A DNA stretch of 64,000 nucleotides from a bacterium (GTDB lineage Bacteria > UBA8248), in the NCBI GenBank assembly GCA_965202625.1, contig CBDBBI010000010.1, forward strand, positions 2,240,001 through 2,304,000, in the 5' to 3' direction. This document shows positions 1 to 12,791 of the stretch, in pieces; position 1 is the first letter of the stretch; the number at the start of each line of letters is the position of its first letter. The translations under genes were made by a program, and so were the position numbers. Below the pieces are notes generated by a model. The model was given only the letters and a program-made list of their open reading frames with translations, searched no databases and had not been told where the DNA came from.

Positions 1-968
1 CGCCATTTGCGTCAGGTGCTGTCACGGGCGATTTGAAGGGGACTTCGAATCATGTCTATATCGGAGGGGATGCTTCCCAAAACCACAAGCCTTTCTTGTT
101 CTACGAGTTTCCAGCGGGTGGCACCGGAGGATTTAAGGAGGGCGACGGCAACAACGCTACCCGGAATTTCACCGAAGGGGACTTCGCTTCGATTCAATCC
201 ATCGAGGTCATTGAGCAGAGTCAACCCTTGCGGATAAGGGAACTCTCGTTGCGCACGGATTCAGGCGGGGCCGGAACCCATAGAGGCGGGCTGGGTCTGC
301 GTCGTGAAGTGGAAGTGCTGGCCGATAACGCCCTGCTGTCGATTTCCTCTGACAAGAACGTCATTCCTCCGTTCGGTATATTTGGAGGCAGGCCGGGGAA
401 ACCCAATCGATTTATCGTAAGAAGGGGCGTTGAAATCCTGATGCCCTCCGAAACGCCCGGCAAGGCGGCGGGTTTTCCTCTGCTTCGAGGCGATGTTCTT
501 GTCATGGAGACTTCTGGTGGAGGCGGTTTTGGGGATCCCCTTGAGCGGGATGACGCGTTGGTTCTCGCCGACGTGAGAGCCGGCTACGTGACGGAAGAGG
601 GAGCCAGGAAGGATTACGCCGTTCTCGTGCGAGAGGGAGTCGTGGATGGAGATAGGACGCGCGCCTCTCGGCGCGCTGCCCAAATTGCAAGGTGTTCCCT
701 GGGGGTAGTTCAAAAAAATGAAAAAAACCGGGCGGGTTCCCGCCGCAGATGTTATGCGAGTCCAGCAACGCTTGCGCGACGGAATCTCCGTGAGGGAGGT
801 TTGGTCGAGTTGAGCGGAAAATGGGGGGTTCCCCTCCGCGCCTGGATGGAGAAAGACGCGGCCCTGCCGGAGAACGCGATAGGTTTGGATGCGGTTGGCA
901 GGGCCATGCTCGATGCGGGAGAAGGAGAGGAAATTTTTTTGTCTTCCGTGGACGCATGGGCGGTTTGA
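1..968 (+). CDS. Hydantoinase B/5-oxoprolinase family protein, C-terminal part (5' end outside window)
   Basis: Motifs GGTGG..GDG, DSGGAGTHRGGLG and METSGGGGFGDPLERD...V..GYVT are typical of hydantoinase B; there is an extra C-terminal extension. Confidence 0.9.
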   Translation, partial: PFASGAVTGDLKGTSNHVYIGGDASQNHKPFLFYEFPAGGTGGFKEGDGNNATRNFTEGDFASIQSIEVIEQSQPLRIRELSLRTDSGGAGTHRGGLGLRREVEVLADNALLSISSDKNVIPPFGIFGGRPGKPNRFIVRRGVEILMPSETPGKAAGFPLLRGDVLVMETSGGGGFGDPLERDDALVLADVRAGYVTEEGARKDYAVLVREGVVDGDRTRASRRAAQIARCSLGVVQKNEKNRAGSRRRCYASPATLARRNLREGGLVELSGKWGVPLRAWMEKDAALPENAIGLDAVGRAMLDAGEGEEIFLSSVDAWAV

Positions 969-1044
969 TGAACTCTCCACTTGATAACGAGACGTTCTTG
1001 TCTGCGTGATTTTGAAGGGGGGCCTTATTATACAATCTTATCCA

Positions 1045-1067
1045 GCGAAGCTAGGGGTTAGCTTCGC
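1045..1067. repeat. Perfect 9-bp inverted repeat at the left edge of the R-M cassette
   Basis: GCGAAGCTA-GGGGT-TAGCTTCGC. Confidence 0.7.
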
Positions 1068-1197
1068 GAACTTCGCTCAAGAATAGCCGGCCGATAGAGG
1101 AAATTATGAGGTATCAAGTCGTTTTATGAAGGGTAAAACCTATTCGGCTTTCTTTTCTTTAGTCTAATTTTGACGCTCATCAAAATCGAAGGATTTC

Positions 1198-2960
<1,763 letters not shown>

Positions 2961-3106
2961 AATGATAAGCGCCCAAGAGGTCGGCCGGTTGGAGAATGCC
3001 GCCGCCAATACCGGGTACGCCGGAAGACATTTTAAGAGCGTCCCAGCTAGGTTATGGGTTTGGCTAAAATTTTCTATAAGCCCTTTTTGAAGGGGTAGGC
3101 AGCGAA

Positions 3107-5131
3107 TTGAGCCTCCTCGGGATAGACACCGGAGGAACTTTTACCGATCTGGTTTTCTATGATGAAGACGAGATGCGGATAAAAGTTTCCAAAATTCCCA
3201 CCATCCGGGGCAAAGAAGATGAGGTTTTTCTCAGGGCGGTTGAGGAGGTGGACGTCTCCTCGCTCATCAGAATTACGCATGGCACCACTGTGGGCACGAA
3301 TACGGTATTAGAGGGAACAGGAGCGCGTACCGCCATTTTGACGACGCGCGGTTTTCGCGACGTCTTGGAGATTGGCCGAACGCAGCGCCTCGTCCCCCGA
3401 ACCTTGTTTGATGCGAAGTTCGTTCGTCCCAAGCCCATCGTTGCCCGAGAGATGCGATTCGAAATGGAAGAGCGCGCCTTGGCCGACGGCCGCTTGCAAA
3501 CCCGCGTCAAGGAGGCGGACGTTGACAGGCAGGCCGAGCGGCTGAAGCAGCTTGGGGTTCAAGCCGTCGCTATTTGCTACTTACACGCCTACGTGAACGC
3601 AGAGAACGAAAGGCGGACGGCGGCGCAGCTCCAGAAAGTCTTGCCGAGCGTATATCTGTCGCTATCCCATGAGGTCGTGCCCGAATATCGTGAGTTTGAG
3701 CGTTTTTCAACGACGGCGCTGAACGCCTATCTCGGCCCCAGAATAAGAGATTATGCGAGCCGGCTGGATGGCGTGCTTCAGGAAAGAGGATGCCGCGCAT
3801 CCCTCTTCATCATGTCTTCCAACGGTGGAATGCTGGACGTCGAACGGGCCACCCGATTTCCCGTGCAGACGATACTCTCCGGCCCGGCGGGCGGGGTGGT
3901 GGGCGGGGTTGCCATCGCCGAGGCTCTGAACCTCAAGCATCTGATCACCTACGACATGGGGGGCACCAGCACGGACGTATGCCTTATTCGGGACCGCCAG
4001 CCCGTCATCAGCAGAAACAACTTGGTTGGCTCCTACCCTCTCAAAACCTCGCAACTCCAGATCAATACCGTAGGCGCTGGCGGGGGGAGCGTCGCATGGC
4101 GCGATGAGGACGGTGCGCTTCATATCGGACCCAGGAGCGCGGGCGCGCGCCCGGGTCCCGCCTGTTATGGGTTCGGCGGCGAGGAGCCGACGGTGACGGA
4201 TGCGAACGTGGTTTTGTCTCGCATCGGACCGCGTGCGCTTTTGGCTGGCGGGTTGAAGCTTTATCCTGAGAGGGCGAGACGCGCTCTTCAACTGCTGGCT
4301 GACGACCTGGGCGTCCACGACGCGGTTGCGATGGCGCGCGGGATCATCGACGTTGCCGTGGCGAAGATGGTGAGTTCGATTCGCGAGGTTTCCATTGAGC
4401 GTGGATTCGACCCGAGAGAACATGCGCTGCTCGCCTACGGCGGGGCGGGGCCGCTCCACGCCGCCCTCATAGCGCGGGAATTGGCCATTTCAAGCGTCGT
4501 CATCCCCCGGTTTCCGGGGAATTTCTCAGCCGTTGGCCTTCTGATGTCGGATGTCGTTCAAGAGAATGTCGAGACGCATTTCCTCGCACTGGAGGAAGCG
4601 GAGGAACGCTCCCTTGAGCGCATTTACGAGAGGCTGGCTGCGTCTTCTGCGAATCATCTCCGGGCAGCCGGCTTGAACGAGATTCGCAGCCTTCGCTACT
4701 TGGACGTTCGCTACGTCGGGCAGGCGTTTGAATTGACGATTCCGGTTCGGGAAACCGCCGGCTGGCTGAAGGCGTTGGCGGGGGAGTTTCACGCCCGATA
4801 CGAGCGGCGCTACGGGCATTCTCATCCCGAAGCGCCTTTGGAGATCGTCAGCTTGCGCGCCCGCATATCGGGGATGGTGGATAAGTTGAAGTGGGGGAGG
4901 TCGGCGGAGTCGCCAAGAGATTTGGGGAGCGCGTTGCGGGACAGGAGAGACGTCGTTTTTGAGGATAGCGTGCCGGATTGCCCCGTCTATCATCGAGATT
5001 CCCTGCCCATCCGCCAGGAAATACATGGCCCGGCGGTCATAGAGGAATACGGCTCGAACACCTTGGTGCCGCCCGGCTGGGTGGCGAGCCAGAATGCCGA
5101 GGCGCATCTTCATTTGCGGGCTATGGAATGA
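3107..5131 (+). CDS. Hydantoinase A/5-oxoprolinase family protein
   Basis: GIDTGGTFTD, HGTTVGTN, SGPAGG, DMGGTSTD, GAGGGS and GPACYG motifs; TTG start. Confidence 0.95.
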   Translation: MSLLGIDTGGTFTDLVFYDEDEMRIKVSKIPTIRGKEDEVFLRAVEEVDVSSLIRITHGTTVGTNTVLEGTGARTAILTTRGFRDVLEIGRTQRLVPRTLFDAKFVRPKPIVAREMRFEMEERALADGRLQTRVKEADVDRQAERLKQLGVQAVAICYLHAYVNAENERRTAAQLQKVLPSVYLSLSHEVVPEYREFERFSTTALNAYLGPRIRDYASRLDGVLQERGCRASLFIMSSNGGMLDVERATRFPVQTILSGPAGGVVGGVAIAEALNLKHLITYDMGGTSTDVCLIRDRQPVISRNNLVGSYPLKTSQLQINTVGAGGGSVAWRDEDGALHIGPRSAGARPGPACYGFGGEEPTVTDANVVLSRIGPRALLAGGLKLYPERARRALQLLADDLGVHDAVAMARGIIDVAVAKMVSSIREVSIERGFDPREHALLAYGGAGPLHAALIARELAISSVVIPRFPGNFSAVGLLMSDVVQENVETHFLALEEAEERSLERIYERLAASSANHLRAAGLNEIRSLRYLDVRYVGQAFELTIPVRETAGWLKALAGEFHARYERRYGHSHPEAPLEIVSLRARISGMVDKLKWGRSAESPRDLGSALRDRRDVVFEDSVPDCPVYHRDSLPIRQEIHGPAVIEEYGSNTLVPPGWVASQNAEAHLHLRAME

Positions 5132-5143
5132 CGCATCGAGGGG

Positions 5144-6091
5144 GTGCCCATGAATGGAGCGATGAAATACGGATATAGCCATGGAATGCAGCCGGGCGCC
5201 TTCCCCTCCCATCGGGATTTTTTCGCTTTCGTCGAGAGAGTGGAAAGGGCTGGCTTCGATTCTATCTGGATTGACGATCACATCGCGTTTCGCGGCAATT
5301 ATCTGGAGAGTCTCAGCGCGCTCGCCGCCGTGGCTGCTCGAACCGAACGAATCACCATCGGGAGCCTCGTCTACCTCCTGCCCCTGCGGCGACCACGGTC
5401 GATTATCTGAGCGGGGGCGGACGTTTCATCTTTGGAATCGGAATCGGGGGCGAGGAGACGAAGGAGTTCGACGCTTGCGGCGTGTCGAAAGCAGAGTGCG
5501 GTGCCCGCACGGATGAAGCCATATAGGTTTTGCGCAAATTGTGGTCGGGTGAGCCGACGAACTACCCGGGAGAGTTTTTTCGTTTTTCAGAGGCGCGGCA
5601 AAGCCCTACCCCTTCGAGCGCGGGTGGCCCGCCCGTTTGGGTGGGCGGCAGGAGCGAAGCCTCGCAAAGACGCGCCGCTGCTTTACGGGATGGCTACGTG
5701 CCCTATCTGTTTTCCCCATCGCGCTATGAGAGAGGGATTGAACCGAATTCGCCGCTGCGCCGCCGAGCGAGGAAGGGTGCTGGAGGATCCCCGAAAACCA
5801 TGGACGCCTGTCCTTCACCTGTTCGTCAACCTTCACGAAAAAGAGGACAAGGCGCTGGATGACGGCACCAGAAATCTCTCGATGCGATACGGGAGCAATA
5901 TGCGCGAGGCGGCGAAGAAGTATCTGCTCCATGGGCCGCTCGAGCGTTGCGCGGACGTGATACGCGCATTTTCGAAAGTGGGCGTGAGGCATTTTATCTT
6001 CAAGACGGCGGCGCCTGCCCATGAGGAGGTGGACCATATGGCGAGGCTGACGGAAGAACTCTTGCCGGTGGTGAGACGTCATGTCGGCTGA
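5144..6091 (+). pseudogene. LLM-class flavin-dependent oxidoreductase, disrupted
   Basis: Fragments GFDSIWIDDH, RITIGSLVYLLPLR, LSGGGRFIFGIGIG, PPVWVGG and GVRHFI lie in different frames. There is a deletion near 5395, a TAG at 5524-5526 and a frameshift near 5735. Confidence 0.85.
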
Positions 6092-7745
6092 GGCGAGCGG
6101 ACACGTCGATACGTTCGCGCGAGATAATCTTCCGCCCGCCTCTTTGTGGCCGGAGATGAATTATGGTGCCCTGCCGGAGTTGGCGGCGTATCCATCCCGA
6201 ATGAACGCCGGGGTGGAGCTCATAGACAAGGTGGCGGAGGACGCGCAGGGTGCTCGGCCCGCGATTTACTTTGGAGAGACCCTCCGGACGTATCAAACGC
6301 TTTTGGAGAGCGCGAATCGAATCGCCTCGGTGATGAGCGATCAGTTTGGTCTCGTGCCCGGAGGCCGGGTGCTTCTTCGCGCCTCGAATCACCCGATGCT
6401 CGTGGCTGCGTGTCTGGGGATTTTGAAAGCGGGCGGCGTCGTAGTTCCGACCATGCCGGTGATGCGCGAGCGCGAGTTGGTTTATGTGCTTGAAAAAGCC
6501 AGGGTCGAGTTCGCCATTTGCGACGCCCGATTGGGTGCGGACCTGATGGGTGCGGCGAAGTCTTCCGCCTCCCTTGGAGACGTCATTCGCTTCAACGACG
6601 ACGATTCCAGCAGCCTCGAAGCATTGATGACCCAGGCGTCGTCTGAATATCAGAACGTGGATACGGCCGCCGATGACGTCGCTCTCATTGGCTTTACGTC
6701 GGGCTCCACGGGAACCCCGAAAGGGACGATGCATTTTCATCGCGATTTGCTCGCCGCCGCGGATACTTTTCCCAAGTGCCTGTTTGGCCTCGGTCCCGAC
6801 GACGTCGTTTGTGGCAGCCCGCAGATCGCTTTTTTGTATGGCTTTTGCGCTTTCATAACAGATGCTTTGAGATTCGGCAGCTCCATGGTTTTGCTTGAAA
6901 GAGGAACTCCCCGTGATCTCCTGGAGGCCATCCAGAAATACAAGGCGACGGTGTGTTTCAGTACGCCCTCGGGCTATAAGCAGATGCTCGCTATCCTGGA
7001 TGAGCACGATTTGGGCAGCCTTCGCGTCTGCGTTGCGGGGGGAGAGCCTTTGGCCCCTTCCGTGTTCGGCGAATGGCGCGAGAGGACGGGGGTGGAGATC
7101 ATCAACGGCCTAGGTGTCTCCGAGCTGCTTCACATATTCGTTTCGGCCAGCGGCGAGGACATTCGTCCTGGAACGATTGGCCGGGCGGTGCCGGGCTATC
7201 AGGTTCGGGTCGTGGACGATGCGATGGAGGACGCAGCCCCGGAAGAAGTGGGGCAGTTGATTGTCAAGGGACCCACCGGATGTCGTTATCTCGATGATAT
7301 CGAAAGACAGCGGAATTACGTGCGCGATGGCTGGAACCTGACGGGAGACCTCTGCCGCGTCGATGAGGATGGGTATATTTTCTTCGAAGCGCGATCCGAC
7401 GATATGATCAACACCGGAGGATATAACGTATCCGGGCTGGAGGTAGAGGCCGTGCTGCTCGAACACCCGAGGGTGCGCGAGTGTGCCGTGGTGGGTTCGC
7501 CGAATCTCGAGCGAGGAGAAATCGTGAAGGCGTTTGTCGTTCTCGCGGAATCTTCGACCGCTGAAACCCCCGAGGGGCGGAATGAGACCATTGAGGAACT
7601 GCAGGATTTCGTGAAATCGCAGATTGCACCGTATAAGTATCCGAGAGCCGTGGAGTTCATCGCAAGCCTTCCCCTCACGCCCACGGGAAAGATACAAAGA
7701 GGCGCTTTGAGGAAATTGGAGATAGAGCGCAGCGCAGAAAGCTGA
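6081..7745 (+). CDS. Aryl-CoA ligase (2-aminobenzoate/benzoate-CoA ligase-like AMP-binding enzyme)
   Basis: N-terminal H.DTFARDNLPP, AMP-binding FTSGSTGTPKG, and YKYPR..EF...LP.T.TGK. Confidence 0.88.
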   Translation: MSAEASGHVDTFARDNLPPASLWPEMNYGALPELAAYPSRMNAGVELIDKVAEDAQGARPAIYFGETLRTYQTLLESANRIASVMSDQFGLVPGGRVLLRASNHPMLVAACLGILKAGGVVVPTMPVMRERELVYVLEKARVEFAICDARLGADLMGAAKSSASLGDVIRFNDDDSSSLEALMTQASSEYQNVDTAADDVALIGFTSGSTGTPKGTMHFHRDLLAAADTFPKCLFGLGPDDVVCGSPQIAFLYGFCAFITDALRFGSSMVLLERGTPRDLLEAIQKYKATVCFSTPSGYKQMLAILDEHDLGSLRVCVAGGEPLAPSVFGEWRERTGVEIINGLGVSELLHIFVSASGEDIRPGTIGRAVPGYQVRVVDDAMEDAAPEEVGQLIVKGPTGCRYLDDIERQRNYVRDGWNLTGDLCRVDEDGYIFFEARSDDMINTGGYNVSGLEVEAVLLEHPRVRECAVVGSPNLERGEIVKAFVVLAESSTAETPEGRNETIEELQDFVKSQIAPYKYPRAVEFIASLPLTPTGKIQRGALRKLEIERSAES

Positions 7746-7948
7746 ACGAGCGTCGTTCGCGTGGGAGACGCTGATGAGATTGTAGATTCTCGCCGCCCCG
7801 CAACGCCGGCGGGTTGCGCCAGCGTTGCGCGCGGCTTGGTAAACGCCTGTTGGCGTCTTTTTGGAGTGAATGTCGCCTCTTGGGAAAATCAGAGATGGAT
7901 TCTGATGCGAAAATGAGAGATAATAATCACTTACACATCAGAAGCGAT

Positions 7949-7979
7949 TTCTCATTTCGAGATTCACGCAAAATGAGAA
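7949..7979. promoter_or_regulatory. Inverted-repeat operator candidate upstream of the first tct operon
   Basis: TTCTCATTT-N13-AAATGAGAA, with a further AAAATGAGA half-site near 7910-7918. Confidence 0.45.
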
Positions 7980-8010
7980 GCGTGTCTTTTCCAGCCGAGG
8001 AGGGAAGAAT

Positions 8011-8979
8011 ATGAAAATGCGTCACGTCCTGTGGTCCATTCTGATATCTGCTTTCGCCGCTTTCTTTCCGTTGCAGCAGGCTTCGGCGGCCTACCCGGAG
8101 AAGCCGATTCAGTTTATCATTCCCTTTGGTGCGGGCGGCGGTGCGGACATCGAAGGTCGCCTGCTCGCCAAGGAGATGGCGAAAATCCTTGGCGTCCCCT
8201 TGGTGGCCATCAACAAGCCGGGAGCGGGCGGTGCCGTCACCTATACCTTCCTGAAAAATGCCAAGCCAGACGGCTATACGGTGGCCTGGAATTCAACGTC
8301 TATCCTCACCTCCACGAACATCGGCAACGTTCCGTGGGGCTACCAAGCCCTGGATCATATCGGGCGGGTCCACTTCCAGCCTCTGGTCGTGGCGGTGAAC
8401 TCCAAATCAAAATGGAAGACGGTCGCCGATTTTGTGAGCGATTGCAAGAAAAAGCCAAATACGCTCAAGGTTGGCCATGCGGGAACCGGAAGCACGACCC
8501 ATCTCACGGCCGTCGTCTTCACGAAGATGACCGGGTGTGAGGCCATCCTTATTCCTCTGGGCGTCAAGCGGCGCAACGCCGCGCTTCTGAGCGGGGAGGT
8601 TGACGCCATGGGAGCACCTCTTACGGGAGCGGTGCGTCTGTGGAAGGCGAAGAAGTTTCACATCCTCACCCATTTGACGGGGGAGCGTAACCAGACGATT
8701 GAGAGCGTGCCCACCATGAAAGAACTCGGATATGACATCTCCTTCGATCATTTTCGGGGTCTCAGCGTGCCTAAGGGGACGCCTGCGGAGGTGAAGGCGA
8801 AACTCGTGGACGCCATGACAAAAGCGGCGCGCTCGAAGGCTTTTGCGAATCTGGCGAAAACCAAGGGATTCACGATCGATCCGAGCGGGCCCGAGGTATT
8901 CGGAAAGATGCTCGCCGAGCGGGACAAGATTGTCGCTGATATCATGAAGGCTTCGGGCATCTACCGGTCCAACAAGTAG
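8011..8979 (+). CDS. tctC: Tripartite tricarboxylate transporter substrate-binding protein (TctC/Bug)
   Basis: Signal peptide, YPEKPI.FIIPF.AGG..D, NKPGAGG and PDGYT motifs. Confidence 0.93.
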   Translation: MKMRHVLWSILISAFAAFFPLQQASAAYPEKPIQFIIPFGAGGGADIEGRLLAKEMAKILGVPLVAINKPGAGGAVTYTFLKNAKPDGYTVAWNSTSILTSTNIGNVPWGYQALDHIGRVHFQPLVVAVNSKSKWKTVADFVSDCKKKPNTLKVGHAGTGSTTHLTAVVFTKMTGCEAILIPLGVKRRNAALLSGEVDAMGAPLTGAVRLWKAKKFHILTHLTGERNQTIESVPTMKELGYDISFDHFRGLSVPKGTPAEVKAKLVDAMTKAARSKAFANLAKTKGFTIDPSGPEVFGKMLAERDKIVADIMKASGIYRSNK

Positions 8980-9080
8980 CCGCGCGAGTCGCGCGCGCCA
9001 TATGGGGCCGCCTCCTTCTCTGGCGAGGGAGCGGCCCTCGTTTTGCGATTCCTTCTCTCTCGTGGAACGGGTTATATGCG

Positions 9081-9557
9081 ATGGGCTTAAGAAATATCGT
9101 CGGCGCGCTGGCCATCCTTGGTTTTACGCTCTACTATGGTGGTCTTGCCGCCCTGCTTCCAAAGCGAGCCACCACCGATGCGCCGGGGCCTCATTTTTTC
9201 CCCTACCTGATCACCGTCTCGATACTCTTTCTCACCGGAATGATCTTCCTCCAGGGGGTGAGAGGACTCAAAGGCTCCTCAGGCTTCGCCGACTTGATTC
9301 CCAAGAATTCCTCCGCGAATCAAAATTACAGCCTCGCGCGCGCGGCGGCTGGCCTGCTGCTCACGGGGCTCTATTTTCTTTCTCTTTCCACGTTTGGATT
9401 TTTTTGGGCGACCCCCTTCTTCTTCGCCGCTTTCATGTGGATAACGGGCGAGCGACGCCTTCAGGTTCTTCTCGCCCTTGCGATTGTCGTTCCGATGTTT
9501 TTGTTCTTTTTGTTTCGTGACCTTTTTCAACTTCCTCTGCCAAGGGGAAGTTTTTGA
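9081..9557 (+). CDS. tctB: TTT small membrane subunit TctB
   Basis: Hydrophobic, PGP.FFP motif, C-terminal F.LPLPRG; lies between tctC and tctA. Confidence 0.88.
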   Translation: MGLRNIVGALAILGFTLYYGGLAALLPKRATTDAPGPHFFPYLITVSILFLTGMIFLQGVRGLKGSSGFADLIPKNSSANQNYSLARAAAGLLLTGLYFLSLSTFGFFWATPFFFAAFMWITGERRLQVLLALAIVVPMFLFFLFRDLFQLPLPRGSF

Positions 9558-9569
9558 GGATGACGTCTG

Positions 9570-11084
9570 ATGAACGGTGACGTGCTCCAGGGTTTCTATC
9601 TCGCTCTCGCGCCGACGAGCATCCTGGCCACGGCCTTAGGCGCCCTGCATGGCCTCATATGCGGCATGATGCCGGGATTGACGACGAGCGCGGGCATCAT
9701 CATCCTTTTCCCCGTCACCTTCATTCTGGAGCCCACCACGGCCGTGGCACTTCTGCTCGGCGTCTTCGCGGGCGGAATGACGGGGGGAAGCTTCGCCGCC
9801 ATCCTCATCAACATTCCGGGCTCTCCGTCGGCTTCGGCCACCACGATGGATGGATACCCCCTCACCCAGAAGGGAGAGGCCGGCCGCGCGCTGGGGATTT
9901 CCATCGTCTCCAGCTTCACCGGCGGTGTTTTCAGTTTCTTCTGCCTCATGCTGATCGCTCCGCAACTCACGAAGGTGGCCCTCCAGTTCCAGGCGGCCGA
10001 CCTTTTCGGGCTCGTATTCTTCGGAATGTCGGTCATATCCGCCTTCGCGGCGAAATCGCTCGCAAAGGGGCTGTTGTCCACCTTCCTTGGCCTCATGATC
10101 GTGACGGTGGGGATGGATCCCCTCGTGGGAACGGCTCGCTTCACCTTTGGCAGTGCGAACATGCTCGCTGGAATCCATTTTATCCCCGCCCTCGTGGGCC
10201 TCTTCGCCATTCCGGAGATAGTGGCGAACCTCGCGGAAGGGAACATTCGCTCGGTTGCCTCAAGGTTCGGTCGCGTGTTGCCCAGTTGGGAGGACATCAA
10301 GCGAATCCGGCTTCCGGTGGCTATTGGCTCTGTCGTGGGTACTTTCGTCGGCATCCTGCCGGGAGCAGGTGGTCCGATAGCGGTTTTCGTGAGCTACGAC
10401 TACGCCCAGAAGGCCAGCAAGGAGCCGGAGCAATTCGGCAAGGGTTGCGTCGAGGGAGTGGCCGCTCCTGAATCGGCGAACAGCTCCATCGCCGGCGGCG
10501 CGCTCATTCCGATGATGACGCTCGGGATTCCTGGTGATCCGATAACCGCCATTCTCATCGGCGCCTTGCTGGTCCATGGAATGGCACCGGGACCGCTCCT
10601 TTTCGTGGAGCAGGGTTCTTTCGCGTTTTCCGTCCTTTTCTCGTATTTTATCGCGATATGCAGCACGGCCCTGGTCGCGTTCTTGGGGCTGCGGGTCATC
10701 GTGAAACTGCTGTCCATCCCCCGATCTCTCCTTCTGCCGATCATCGTCGCCCTGTGTGTTTTGGGGACGTATGCGCTGCGAAATTCGTTCTTCGATATCC
10801 ACGTCATGTTCTTTTTCGGTCTCGTGGCCCTCACCTTCAAGTGGCTCGACGTTCCCGTGGTGCCGCTCCTGCTCGCGCTCGTGCTGGGACGCCAGCTCGA
10901 GGAGCATTTGCGGGTCGCCCTCGCCGCGTCAAGAGGCGACGTTTCGGTTTTCTTCACCTCTCCGTGGTGTTTGTTTTTTCTCTGTCTCTCGTTCGTCTCG
11001 TTCGTCTGGCCGTTCTTTCTTGAATGGAGAATAAGGAATAGAGCGGCGAAGCAAGAGTCCCCCCCTGCGCCTTCTTCCGCTTAG
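9570..11084 (+). CDS. tctA: TTT large membrane subunit TctA
   Basis: G.MPGL, NIPGSP....T..DGYP, APESAN and TLGIPGD motifs. Confidence 0.95.
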   Translation: MNGDVLQGFYLALAPTSILATALGALHGLICGMMPGLTTSAGIIILFPVTFILEPTTAVALLLGVFAGGMTGGSFAAILINIPGSPSASATTMDGYPLTQKGEAGRALGISIVSSFTGGVFSFFCLMLIAPQLTKVALQFQAADLFGLVFFGMSVISAFAAKSLAKGLLSTFLGLMIVTVGMDPLVGTARFTFGSANMLAGIHFIPALVGLFAIPEIVANLAEGNIRSVASRFGRVLPSWEDIKRIRLPVAIGSVVGTFVGILPGAGGPIAVFVSYDYAQKASKEPEQFGKGCVEGVAAPESANSSIAGGALIPMMTLGIPGDPITAILIGALLVHGMAPGPLLFVEQGSFAFSVLFSYFIAICSTALVAFLGLRVIVKLLSIPRSLLLPIIVALCVLGTYALRNSFFDIHVMFFFGLVALTFKWLDVPVVPLLLALVLGRQLEEHLRVALAASRGDVSVFFTSPWCLFFLCLSFVSFVWPFFLEWRIRNRAAKQESPPAPSSA

Positions 11085-11199
11085 CGGGCGCTTTGGCCGG
11101 CTCATTTGCGGCTTGCATGGGAGCGGGGTTTTCGCCGTCCGTCGGGTCCGTTGATGGGTGGATGGTGAACCCGTACCAGGACGGCGTGCGCTGGCTGGG

Positions 11200-11706
11200 C
11201 GAGGAGCCACAACGCCGCGAGCCCTATGGGATTTCCATGAAGGGCGTGGGCTTCGTGCCCGAGGACAGGAGAATCTTTTTCGCCTGCGTGTGGAGGAAAA
11301 CGTTGAGGTTGGCGCGTTCAATCTGGACCGGTCTAGCCCCTGGACGCTCGGTCGCATATTATGGTCTTTTTTCTAAACGCGTTCCACTGAAAGTACACAA
11401 GGGAAACGAACTGAGGGGTGGGGAGCAGCAGATGCCGGCCATCGCCCGTGTCCCGATGGGCGCGCCCAAGCGCGTTGTAGGCGATGCGTCCTCTGAGGGT
11501 CTGGCGCCAGCCATCGGGAGGGGCGTGGGCGAGATGATCGGGGCGCTCCGGGACGAGGGGCTTGCCGTTCCCCTGGTGGAGCAAAACGCCCGCTTCTTTT
11601 GTCGGCTCTCTGAATTGCGTCTGCATCATCGGCGATGATCGGGTTTGTTTTCATGGCGCGGTGGCGCAACTTGAAGAGGAGGAAGAACGGAAATCGCGCT
11701 ATCTAG
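11200..11706 (+). pseudogene. Degenerate LivF-like branched-chain amino acid ABC ATPase remnant (approximate bounds)
   Basis: GVGFVPEDRRIF, VEENVEVG (other frame), decayed signature LRGGEQQMPAIAR, decayed Walker B (DASSEGLAP) and LVEQNA; no Walker A. Confidence 0.8.
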
Positions 11707-11753
11707 CCGTTTGATTTTCATTTTTCCGTCAATGGAAATGAGGAGGGTTTTGC

Positions 11754-12761
11754 ATGAACTCTCGCGTTGAATTCGGTTTGATCATGGCCTTGACCATCCG
11801 CGGGCTTGCCGTCGGAAACTTTGCCGACATGAGGGCGGTGGCGCAAGAGGCCGAGAGTCTCAGCTTTGACTCGGTATGGTTGTGCGATCACTTTTTAACA
11901 CTCGATCCGGGCGCATATGCGAAAGAAGCAGGTTTTGACGAGTCCGGAATGTCTGGGGGCGTCGGCTCCGGCTCCATCCCCCTGCTGGAGACCTGGACCG
12001 CGCTCAGCGCCCTCTCGCAGGTGACCGAAAAGGTTCGCCTCGGGACCAGTGTTCTGAGCAACTCCTACCGCATTCCCTCAGTGCTCGCGAAGATGGGCGC
12101 GACGCTGGACAATATCAGCGACGGGCGGCTCGATCTGGGCCTTGGCGCGGGCTGGATGCAGGAGGAGTATGAGGCTTACGGAATTCCCTTTCCCAGGGCT
12201 TCCGTTCGAATTGCGCAAATGGAGGAGGCCATTCAGTTGATCCGCAAGATTTGGACGGAGCCTTACCCCACGTTCGAGGGCGTGCACTACGCGATCAAAG
12301 GGGCGGTGTGCGACCCTCCCCCGATTCAAAAACCCTCGCCTCCCATATGGATCGGCGGCGAGGGACGAAAAGTTCTCAGGGTCGCGGCAAAGTACGCCGA
12401 TGGCTTCAACGTGCGCTGGTGGCCTCCTGAGCGCTACCGAGAGCGCAAAGAGGAGATTGACGCCCACTGCGAAGAGGCGGGGCGTGAGCCGGATGGGCTC
12501 AAGCGCTCTTTGATGTGCCTTCTTCTGCCCAGCCACGATCGCGCGCGCGTGGAGGCGGAAAAAAGGCGGTTTTCAGCCGTTCCGGAAACGGGTATAATCT
12601 CCGGCACACCTGAGGAATGCGTGGGACGAATTATGGAATATGTCCAAGCGGGCGTTCGACATTTTCTGTATACCATTCCCGATGTCGCGAAAATGGATAT
12701 GCTCCGCCTTGCGGGGGAGGAGATTCTGCCCGTTGTCAGGAGTTTATCGAACGGGGGGTGA
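11754..12761 (+). CDS. LLM-class flavin/F420-dependent oxidoreductase
   Basis: FDSVWLCDH, LETWTALSAL, DGRLDLGLGAGW and PPIWIGGEG. Confidence 0.92.
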   Translation: MNSRVEFGLIMALTIRGLAVGNFADMRAVAQEAESLSFDSVWLCDHFLTLDPGAYAKEAGFDESGMSGGVGSGSIPLLETWTALSALSQVTEKVRLGTSVLSNSYRIPSVLAKMGATLDNISDGRLDLGLGAGWMQEEYEAYGIPFPRASVRIAQMEEAIQLIRKIWTEPYPTFEGVHYAIKGAVCDPPPIQKPSPPIWIGGEGRKVLRVAAKYADGFNVRWWPPERYRERKEEIDAHCEEAGREPDGLKRSLMCLLLPSHDRARVEAEKRRFSAVPETGIISGTPEECVGRIMEYVQAGVRHFLYTIPDVAKMDMLRLAGEEILPVVRSLSNGG

Positions 12762-12791
12762 CGCCCTCTTGTCGAGCTGGGAGATTCTACA